Source of the DNA: Bryobacteraceae bacterium
GTDB taxonomy: Bacteria; Acidobacteriota; Terriglobia; Bryobacterales; Bryobacteraceae
Assembly (NCBI GenBank): GCA_035295745.1
Contig: DATGIL010000007.1
Location: forward strand, 50,062 to 114,061
Reading direction: 5' to 3'
Length of the DNA stretch: 64,000 nucleotides
A model generated the notes under the pieces. That model was not told the DNA's origin, made no database searches, and was given only the letters and a program-made list of their open reading frames with translations. Below are positions 56,752 to 64,000 of this stretch, piece by piece. Every line of letters starts with the position of its first letter. Position 1 is the first letter of the stretch. Made by a program: the position numbers and the translations under genes.

Positions 56752-59421
56752 ATGGTGCAGACTGACTCAGTAGATTTCTTTCGCAAGTCATACCGAGCGC
56801 TGACCGGTAAGACTGAGCCCTTCCCGTGGCAGGAGGAGCTGTTCGTCCGATTTTGCAGGCAGGACATCCCTAAAGATGTCGTTTTGCCGACAGGGTGTGG
56901 GAAGACTTCGGCGATGGTGTCGTGGCTGCTGGCGTTAGCGTGGCAGTCGCGGGGTGGTGCGGAGAGTGTGACTCTGCCCAGGCGGCTGTTGTGGGTGGTG
57001 AATCGGCGGGTGGTGGTGGATCAGGCAACAGACGAGGCCGTGGGACTCAAGGAGCGGCTTAACAATCGATCACTGATCGATCTCGAAGCGGTGCGCCTCG
57101 GACTGGGAGAACTTTGCGCCGAAGGTATCGACGACCTGCTATCGGTGAGCACGCTCCGCGGTCAATACGCGGACAACGGGGAGTGGAGAGACTATCCCGA
57201 ACGACCCGCCATCGTGGTGGGCACGGTAGATATGATCGGCAGCCGGCTGTTGTTTTCGGGTTATGGGCGCGGATTCCGGGCGCGGCCGCTGCATGCCGGA
57301 TTCATCGGGCAGGACAGTCTGCTGGTGCACGACGAAGCGCACCTGGAGCCCGCGTTTCAGTGCCTGATCCAGGCTGTGGAAGCGGAACAGCAGCGGTGCG
57401 GGGAGTCCCGGCAGTTTCGGACCATCGCCCTCACCGCGACGTCACGAACAGCCGCGGCAAACCCGTTTGTTTTGAGCGAGGCGGACCGGAGCCACGCAGA
57501 GATCCGGCGGAGGATTGAGGCGAGCAAAGGGATTGGGTTGCACACTGTCGACACAGAGAAGAAGCTGGCGGCGGCGATCTACGAACTTGCGCTGGGCTTC
57601 AAAGACAGCGGCCAGGCGATCCTCATCTTCCTGCGGAAGGTGGAGGACGTCCTCGATGTGAAGGGCAAGTTGGAGAAACAAGGCCTGCGAGTGTACCCGC
57701 TCACGGGAACGATGCGCGGACTCGAGCGCGACCAAATGGCAAAGAACAACCGGATTTTCGCCCGATTCGCTCGCGACAAGGGGGTGGAACCGCAGGAGGG
57801 CACGGTGTATCTGGTGTGTACGTCGGCCGGCGAGGTGGGCGTCAATCTGTCAGCAGACCACCTGATCTGCGATCTCGTGCCGTTTGACAGCATGACGCAG
57901 CGCTTTGGCCGGGTGAATCGTTTCGGCGGGGGAGAGGCACGCATCGAGATCGTTCCGGTAATTGCGGAAGCGGGGCAGGCGACGGCGAAGGGTTCGCCAG
58001 GGGAACTGGAGTACAACCGGCGGCGCGAACTAACCCTCGCGTTGCTCGAGAGGCTTCCTCCGCGACCCGACGGGCGGTACGACGCTAGCCCGCTGGCGCT
58101 GGAGGGTCTGCCGGCGGAAGAGCGGATCGCCGCCTTCACCCCGCCACCCACGATCTTGCCCACCAGCGGCATCCTATTCGACGCGTGGGCGCTGACGTCT
58201 GTGCGCGGCCCGATGCCCGGACGCCCGCCGGTCGCGGATTGGCTGCACGGCATTACCGAGTGGGAACCTCCGCAGACATTTGTGGCATGGCGGGAAGAAG
58301 TGGAGAGGATCACAACGGATCTGGCCAGGAAGAACGATCCGGAAGATCTATTGGAGGACTATCCGTTAGAGCCGCATGAATTGCTTCGCGACAACAGCCG
58401 GCGGGTATTGGAGCATTTGCAGAAGATCGCGGAGCGAAGTCCGGGTCTCGCGGCGTGGCTGATCGATTCCGCGGGTAATGTAAAGGCCGGTAATCTGGCA
58501 GAACTGGTTTCGCCGGATCAGCCCAAGAGAAACCTGGACCTTGGCGATTGTACCGTGCTGCTGCCGCCGTCGGCCGGCGGATTGACGACGGACGGGATGC
58601 TCGATGGGAGTGCGGCGTTCAGCGAGACACGCGGCGACTACGACGTTGCGGACTTGTGGCTGGACGAAAGCGGCAGGGCGAAGCGTCAGCGCCGGTTGAA
58701 TCAAGAGGAGGCGCCGGAGGGCATGCGGCTGGTTCGAGTGATCGAATTGGGTTCGGGCAGCGAGGAGGAAGAAGACGAGCCGGCTGGAGAGATTTGGCGG
58801 TGGTACGAGCGAACTGCCGGATCGGAGAGAGCCCGCCGCGAACAAGATTGGGAGGTGCATACGGAGTGGGCGGAGCGGATCGCGGGCGATCTGGTGGCGA
58901 AGCTTGGCTTGCCGGACCCCGAAGCGAGCGCCATTGTCTTCGCGGCCAAGTGGCACGACCTCGGGAAGAGACGCGAGCTTTGGCAGCGATCCATTGGGAA
59001 TGACCGGTACCGGGAGCGGACTTTGGCGAAGTCCGGGCCAAGAGCAAAGTGTTTCCCGTGCGGGTACCGGCACGAGTTGGGGTCGATGATCGACGTGTCA
59101 CGGATGTCCGAGTTTCTGCGGTTGACTGCCGAGATGCAGGATCTGGTGTTGCATGTGATTGGCGCGCATCACGGACGGGCCCGTCCGCACTTTCCGGCGG
59201 ACGAGGTCTTCGATCCGGAATGCGGCTCGGGGACTACAGACGGAGTAGGGCGAGAGACCCCCCGGCGCTTCGCGAGGCTGCAACGAAAGTACGGGCGGTG
59301 GGGGCTCGCGTATCTGGAGTCGCTGGTGCGCGCGGCGGATGCGCTGGCGTCACAGAGATTCGAGCCGGCGCCGGTGGAAGGCCGCGACCCCAACAGGGCC
59401 GCGATTGGAGCTGAAGTATGA
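56752..59421 (+). CDS. cas3: CRISPR-associated helicase/nuclease Cas3, type I-G/I-U architecture (helicase N-terminal, HD nuclease C-terminal)
   Basis: 889 aa. Walker A VLPTGCGKTS. DEAH box LLVHDEAHLEP. C-terminal HD domain (AKWHDLGKRRELWQ ... HELGSMID ... IGAHHGRARPHFP). Followed by csb1/csb2-like genes and a CRISPR array. Confidence 0.9.
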   Translation: MVQTDSVDFFRKSYRALTGKTEPFPWQEELFVRFCRQDIPKDVVLPTGCGKTSAMVSWLLALAWQSRGGAESVTLPRRLLWVVNRRVVVDQATDEAVGLKERLNNRSLIDLEAVRLGLGELCAEGIDDLLSVSTLRGQYADNGEWRDYPERPAIVVGTVDMIGSRLLFSGYGRGFRARPLHAGFIGQDSLLVHDEAHLEPAFQCLIQAVEAEQQRCGESRQFRTIALTATSRTAAANPFVLSEADRSHAEIRRRIEASKGIGLHTVDTEKKLAAAIYELALGFKDSGQAILIFLRKVEDVLDVKGKLEKQGLRVYPLTGTMRGLERDQMAKNNRIFARFARDKGVEPQEGTVYLVCTSAGEVGVNLSADHLICDLVPFDSMTQRFGRVNRFGGGEARIEIVPVIAEAGQATAKGSPGELEYNRRRELTLALLERLPPRPDGRYDASPLALEGLPAEERIAAFTPPPTILPTSGILFDAWALTSVRGPMPGRPPVADWLHGITEWEPPQTFVAWREEVERITTDLARKNDPEDLLEDYPLEPHELLRDNSRRVLEHLQKIAERSPGLAAWLIDSAGNVKAGNLAELVSPDQPKRNLDLGDCTVLLPPSAGGLTTDGMLDGSAAFSETRGDYDVADLWLDESGRAKRQRRLNQEEAPEGMRLVRVIELGSGSEEEEDEPAGEIWRWYERTAGSERARREQDWEVHTEWAERIAGDLVAKLGLPDPEASAIVFAAKWHDLGKRRELWQRSIGNDRYRERTLAKSGPRAKCFPCGYRHELGSMIDVSRMSEFLRLTAEMQDLVLHVIGAHHGRARPHFPADEVFDPECGSGTTDGVGRETPRRFARLQRKYGRWGLAYLESLVRAADALASQRFEPAPVEGRDPNRAAIGAEV

Positions 59422-60284
59422 GCGGCAGTACCGAGCCGGCCATTCAGATCGCATTTCAGCCGACCAACCCAGGGCAGTTCTTCGCGTGCTGCGGGTTGCT
59501 GGAGTTAGCCGACCGGCTGTGGGGCGGAGTAGAAGGGTGGTTTGCAGGGAACACATTCCATCTGAGGCCAACGCGGCCCGTCTCGAACTGGAGCGCCGCC
59601 GAGCTGATTGACGACCTGGCGCAGTGTCCTCTGACGAACACGATGACCGCAGCGCAGCATGAGCGGCATGAGAAGCTTTCGGCGATGCCGAAGAAAGTGA
59701 GGGAAGCTGATGCCGGGTTGGAGGCGGAGAAGAAGAGTCTCGACGCCCTGCACAGAGAAGCGCCCGTGGTGCTGGGCGCACCACTGCGGTACACGATCGA
59801 CTGGTTTCAGGACGACCGTTCCGGCGGGAGCGATTTCAAAACATGGGCCGGCCAACAGTCGGTAGTGGACATCGCCAGCGGGATGCAGCGGCTAATCGAG
59901 CGCGAGGCTTCCGCGAAGGAGTGGTTGTTTCGATCGAGCGACGGGGACGGCGTTCCGTTTCAGTTCGATTCAGACATCGGGAGCAGCGGGTCGGCGCTCG
60001 ACCTGGGGTTCAGCATGGATCCGCTGAAGGCCACCGGGTTGAAGACACGGACGCGGCCGATGCTGGAGTTGGCGGCGTTCGTGGGATTGCAGCGATTCCG
60101 CCCGCGCAGGATGGGAACGGACAATGTGTACCACTATTTCGCATGGGGAGAGCCGCTATTGCCGGAAGCGGCGGCCCCGGTAGTTTGCGGCGCGGTAGAG
60201 TGTCTGCGGCTGCGCGGTTTCCGGTTCAGCCTGCTCTACCGCACCAAGTATCTGAAGAGCTTTTTGCCTGCTGCACAGCTTTAG
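59418..60284 (+). CDS. Small Cas8-like protein (possible Cas8g2/Csb3-type large-subunit analogue), assignment uncertain
   Basis: 288 aa. 4-bp overlap with cas3. Sits in the large-subunit position of a type I-G cassette but is less than half the size of Csx17-type Cas8g. No motif I can assign confidently from sequence alone. Confidence 0.45.
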   Translation: MSGSTEPAIQIAFQPTNPGQFFACCGLLELADRLWGGVEGWFAGNTFHLRPTRPVSNWSAAELIDDLAQCPLTNTMTAAQHERHEKLSAMPKKVREADAGLEAEKKSLDALHREAPVVLGAPLRYTIDWFQDDRSGGSDFKTWAGQQSVVDIASGMQRLIEREASAKEWLFRSSDGDGVPFQFDSDIGSSGSALDLGFSMDPLKATGLKTRTRPMLELAAFVGLQRFRPRRMGTDNVYHYFAWGEPLLPEAAAPVVCGAVECLRLRGFRFSLLYRTKYLKSFLPAAQL

Positions 60285-60296
60285 AAGGAGTTCGAA

Positions 60297-61364
60297 ATGG
60301 ACAGCCTGTTGACGAGTTTTGATTCGTGGTTGGCCGGGAACGGTCCGGCGGCCCTGGTGGTTCGTGAGCATCTGATGCCCGTCGAGGGATCGGATGGCGT
60401 GCTGTTTCCGGCGACGTTTGCCGCAGGAGACGGTTTCGAGGGCGGCTACAATATCGACCGCTTTCCGGATGGGAGGAGCGTCTGCCTGATTGACAGTGTG
60501 GGATCGCAAGCCAATCGAATCGAGCCACTATTTGCACAGGACGGATATGCCGACCTGACGCCACAGATTGTGATCAAAGCAGGCGAAAAGAGAGTGAACC
60601 TGCTCGAAGCGGGGCACCGCGCCGGAGACGCGATCGTTCGCTGCACAGCGTTACGGGACGATCTTCGCGCGGCATTCAAAGCGGTGCAGACGGGCGATGC
60701 CGAACCCTTAGCCAAGCTCGCTCCGACTTCCATCGTCTTCGGCGTCTGGGACTCGCGGGATACGCAAGCGAAGCTGCCCCGGCTGATCGTCTCGACTATC
60801 CGTGCGTTCAACGTCCGGGCATTGACCCGCTCGGCGCAATACGTGCCGGCTGCAGAATACGTAGCGGACGGGCTTCTGCCAGAACCCGCCGATAAGACCA
60901 CCAAGGACGCGTACGCGGTACGGGGGTTCATCCATGTTCCGGCGGCCGGGTCGCATGGGGGCGTCATCGCGGATGGCGGAATCCAGCGGGACGCTGCGCT
61001 GCACCTTGCGGGATTGCGTCTGCTCAACGGGGGGGCGAATGCGCAGGCGTTGCGCCGGTATATTTTGGGACTCGCATTGACTGCGTTCACATATCCGGCG
61101 GGCGGCTATCTGCGGCAAGGATGCCACCTGGTGATGAATCCGGACAAGGCCAGAGAGTTCCAGGCGGTCTACGGTGACGGACGGCGTGAGGATGCCACGG
61201 TCACCCACGATGCCGCGGTGGCCTATGCCAGGGCGGCGGCGAAGGGATTTGGGCCGGGCCACGGGCGGGAAGTGGAGTTCGATAAGGAACTCGCGCAGAA
61301 GGACGTCAGCGGGGACGCCGGCGGCAGCGCCGAGAAGCGCAAGGGGAAGCCAGCCAAAAAGTAG
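60297..61364 (+). CDS. csb1: Type I-G Cas7 (Csb1-like RAMP backbone protein)
   Basis: 355 aa. Position in the cassette. RAMP-like features (glycine-rich loop AAGSHGGVIADGG, ...IVFGVWDSRDTQ...). Sits between the Cas8-like gene and the Cas5-Cas6 fusion. Confidence 0.65.
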   Translation: MDSLLTSFDSWLAGNGPAALVVREHLMPVEGSDGVLFPATFAAGDGFEGGYNIDRFPDGRSVCLIDSVGSQANRIEPLFAQDGYADLTPQIVIKAGEKRVNLLEAGHRAGDAIVRCTALRDDLRAAFKAVQTGDAEPLAKLAPTSIVFGVWDSRDTQAKLPRLIVSTIRAFNVRALTRSAQYVPAAEYVADGLLPEPADKTTKDAYAVRGFIHVPAAGSHGGVIADGGIQRDAALHLAGLRLLNGGANAQALRRYILGLALTAFTYPAGGYLRQGCHLVMNPDKAREFQAVYGDGRREDATVTHDAAVAYARAAAKGFGPGHGREVEFDKELAQKDVSGDAGGSAEKRKGKPAKK

Positions 61365-61373
61365 AGGAAGAAT

Positions 61374-62969
61374 ATGGCATCGCATTTTTGCCTGTCGGTC
61401 CGTTTTTTGGACACAGCTTTCCATGGCCGTGGCGATGGTGGCGCGGGCGAGTGGCCGCCCTCGCCGCTGCGGGTGTTTCAGGCGCTGGTAGCTGCCGCCG
61501 CGCGAAAGAACGGCGGCACACTATCGCCGGGGGTACAATCGGCGCTGCGATGGCTGGAGGGACGGATGGGAGCGCCGGTGGTCATCGCTCCGCGCGCCGA
61601 GGCGGGATCCGGATATCGTTTGTCGGTCCCCAACAATGCCATGGATATTGTGGCCAAGGCTTGGGCGGCGGGAAACGATTCCAACTCGGGCGATGCGAAT
61701 CCGGCCACGCATCGCACGATGAAATCCGTCCGCCCGATGTTGCTGGAAGGCGAAGCGACGCACTACGTTTGGCGCCTGCCGGATCCGGCGAGCGAAGAAG
61801 TCCTCGGGCATGTGCAGGGGCTTTCGGAAGCCGCCGCCGATATTGTCGCCCTGGGATGGGGACTGGATCTGGCCATCGGGCACGGCAGAGTGCTTTCCGA
61901 CGACGAGGTCGAGGGGCTGGAGGGGGTGCGGTGGCTGCCGGCGGAGGTCACGGGAGCGAACGGACTGCGGACACCCGCGGAGGGCACCACGGAGGATTTA
62001 GTGCGACACCATGAACACTTTGTGAGGAGACTCGCAGGGGAAGGATTCGTTCCGCCTCCGCCGCTTTCCACGTATGCGAGAGTTGAGTACAGGACGGCAA
62101 GCGACCCGCCGGCGCGTCCGTTTGCGGCGTTCCAGTTGTTACAACCCGACGCCAGCGGGCGGCGGCCGTTCGATACCGCGCGGCGGGGGCTGACGGTGGC
62201 GGGAATGATGCGGGGTGCGGTTAAGGAGGCGGCGAAACGGAGCGGCTGGCCGGAGTCCAAGATCGCTTCGTTTGTCCTAGGTCACGGGGAGCCGAACACG
62301 GGCGGCGAACACGTTACGGTTGGGCCGCGGCGTTTTGCCTATCTCCCGGCCCCGAGTATCGAGTTCAGAGGCGACGCGGGAGCCTTCACCGGAAGTGTCC
62401 GGCGCGCGATCCTCACCACTTTTTCGAGCGGGTGCGAAGAGGAGATCGCCTGGGCGCAACGCATGCTGGGCGGCCAGGAACTGATGGACCAGGACACGAA
62501 GCAGGCGACCGCGCTGCTCTCCTTAATTCCTGCGAATGACAGTGTGGTAAGGCGCTATTGCGAGCCTGCGGCCGTGTGGGCAACCGTGACGCCCGTGGTC
62601 CTCCCCGGGTATGACGACCGGAAGCATTACCGGCGCAGGATGCAATCGGAGATGGACGCCGAGGAGCAGCGAGAATTGCTGGAGCGCTTGGACGGCCGCA
62701 TGGATGGGCTGCTGCGGAAAGCGATCCGGCAGGCGGGCCTTTCCGCGGAGTTGGCGGAAAACGCGGAGATCGATTGGCGGAAGAGTGGCTTCTGGCCGGG
62801 CACCGAACTTGCCGACCGCTACGGGGTACCCGCCCATCTGAAGAAGTTTCCGCGATATCACGTGAAGGTGCGGTGGCGGGATCGGGAGGGCAAGGAGGTC
62901 AAGTTGCGCGGTCCGCTATGTCTGGGCGGCGGCCGGTTCTGCGGTTTGGGCCTGTTTGCGGCGGTTTAG
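61374..62969 (+). CDS. csb2: Type I-G Cas5-Cas6 fusion (Csb2-like)
   Basis: 531 aa. N-terminal hydrophobic Cas5-like start MASHFCLSVRFLDTAFHG. C-terminal RAMP glycine-rich loop ...LRGPLCLGGGRFCGLGLFAAV at the very end, as in Cas6 domains. Immediately upstream of the CRISPR array. Confidence 0.7.
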   Translation: MASHFCLSVRFLDTAFHGRGDGGAGEWPPSPLRVFQALVAAAARKNGGTLSPGVQSALRWLEGRMGAPVVIAPRAEAGSGYRLSVPNNAMDIVAKAWAAGNDSNSGDANPATHRTMKSVRPMLLEGEATHYVWRLPDPASEEVLGHVQGLSEAAADIVALGWGLDLAIGHGRVLSDDEVEGLEGVRWLPAEVTGANGLRTPAEGTTEDLVRHHEHFVRRLAGEGFVPPPPLSTYARVEYRTASDPPARPFAAFQLLQPDASGRRPFDTARRGLTVAGMMRGAVKEAAKRSGWPESKIASFVLGHGEPNTGGEHVTVGPRRFAYLPAPSIEFRGDAGAFTGSVRRAILTTFSSGCEEEIAWAQRMLGGQELMDQDTKQATALLSLIPANDSVVRRYCEPAAVWATVTPVVLPGYDDRKHYRRRMQSEMDAEEQRELLERLDGRMDGLLRKAIRQAGLSAELAENAEIDWRKSGFWPGTELADRYGVPAHLKKFPRYHVKVRWRDREGKEVKLRGPLCLGGGRFCGLGLFAAV

Positions 62970-63311
62970 AACTATACGCACCTGATACCTGGTTTGCGCC
63001 GACAACGGCGACGACGAGCGCCTGCGCAAGGTCTTCCAGACTATGCGGGGGTAGAGATTCAGGTAGGGTTGTTCGCGCGGGTGATGGAGGGGGGATTGGG
63101 TCGTACCCGGCGTTTGGGACGCGGTGAGGGGGTTGCGAGCGGTGAGGCGGTGAGGAAATGCCGGGGGTCGCTCGCGGCTTGTAAAGTGCTGTAGAATGGG
63201 AGGTTCGCAAAGAGGGTGGATGCGAGAAGTTTGGTGCGGGGAGTATTTTGGGGGACCGCTCGCAAATCGGTTCCTAGGTCATTGAAAACTGAATAGGTTA
63301 TCGAGTATGCT
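62970..63311 (+). promoter_or_regulatory. CRISPR leader region
   Basis: 342 bp non-coding between the csb2 stop and the first repeat. AT-richer near the array (CATTGAAAACTGAATAGGTTATCGAGTATGCT). Confidence 0.5.
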
Positions 63312-64000
63312 CTTTCCACTCTCGAATGAGAGTGGCCCCATTGAAGCCGGTCTCTCTCCCAATCGAGGGCCCAACCTTCGACGAGCTTTCCACTCTCGAA
63401 TGAGAGTGGCCCCATTGAAGCCGCAGAAATCTGACGAGGTGGCGAAACTGATCACCGCCCTTTCCACTCTCGAATGAGAGTGGCCCCATTGAAGCTCTGT
63501 CACCGTGGGCGTGCCCGCCGACGTCAGATACCTTTCCACTCTCGAATGAGAGTGGCCCCATTGAAGCAATCGCAGCAGTCCGCTTTTTGAACCGACAACC
63601 GACTTTCCACTCTCGAATGAGAGTGGCCCCATTGAAGCACTGCGCCGGGGTAGGGTTCGCGGGCGGCACCGTGCTTTCCACTCTCGAATGAGAGTGGCCC
63701 CATTGAAGCAGCGTAGGAGGAGCGGACTTAACCACCCTTACGTCCCTTTCCACTCTCGAATGAGAGTGGCCCCATTGAAGCCGAACTGGAGCAGACCTCC
63801 TACCAGGCCGCCCAGGCCTTTCCACTCTCGAATGAGAGTGGCCCCATTGAAGCGCCAAACAAAAGACGCAAATCAGTCTACCATGCAAATCTTTCCACTC
63901 TCGAATGAGAGTGGCCCCATTGAAGCACGGGAGCATGGCGAGCCCTGGACACGCAGACGTTCCCTTTCCACTCTCGAATGAGAGTGGCCCCATTGAAGCC
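63312..64000 (+). CRISPR. CRISPR array: 10 copies of the 36-bp repeat CTTTCCACTCTCGAATGAGAGTGGCCCCATTGAAGC with 9 spacers of 35-38 bp; truncated by the window edge
   Basis: Repeat starts at 63312, 63386, 63460, 63532, 63603, 63674, 63746, 63818, 63891 and 63964. Repeats are perfectly conserved. Internal 8-bp palindrome CCACTCTC-GAAT-GAGAGTGG. The 3' end ATTGAAGC resembles the class 1 8-nt handle. All spacers are unique. Confidence 0.95.

Noticed and set aside
63059-63993. ORFs 63059-63415 (-), 63279-63632 (-), 63298-63993 (-) and 63688-63981 (+).
   Set aside because: They are translations across the CRISPR repeat-spacer array (recurring MGPLSFESGK / QWGHSHSRVE peptides from the repeat).

Overview
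High-GC (about 60%) bacterial chromosomal segment. It most resembles an Acidobacteria (Terriglobia-like) genome: three ADOP/MacB-FtsX-type permeases and secreted proteins with Acidobacteria-typical architecture. No database search was possible, so this taxonomic guess is inference. Housekeeping blocks include the glycine-cleavage operon gcvT-gcvH-gcvPA-gcvPB, a lipid A block fabZ-lpxA-lpxI followed by a Gfo/Idh/MocA oxidoreductase and a TonB-like protein, a tRNA-Gln(CTG), a UbiD-family decarboxylase, a HAL/PAL-family ammonia-lyase, and a TPP-enzyme/PrpD-family/acyl-CoA dehydrogenase cluster. Accessory content: (1) at the right end, a type I-G (formerly I-U, Dpsyc-like) CRISPR-Cas effector cassette: Cas3 with C-terminal HD, a small Cas8-like protein, Cas7/Csb1 and the Cas5-Cas6 fusion Csb2. 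It runs directly into a CRISPR array of 36-bp repeats that reaches the window edge, with no cas1/cas2/cas4 between the effector genes and the array. (2) A dispersed family of hairpin-rich modular repeats at three loci: a roughly 1 kb array of 107-bp units, a 330-bp composite array, and a short inverted copy upstream of cas3. Two of these abut the 3' ends of permease genes. (3) A lower-GC islet (about 18.0-21.5 kb) carrying a frameshifted Gp49/HigB-like toxin with an intact XRE antitoxin and a multiply disrupted serpin pseudogene. (4) An orphan TadE-TadE-TadG pseudopilin operon directly downstream of a Ser/Thr kinase fused to a beta-propeller. (5) A flotillin operon whose second gene looks like an ECF sigma factor fused to a ZAS (zf-HC2) anti-sigma motif, followed by a GT-C-like membrane protein and preceded divergently by a PilZ protein. 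Many long antisense ORFs in the supplied track are GC-driven artefacts.
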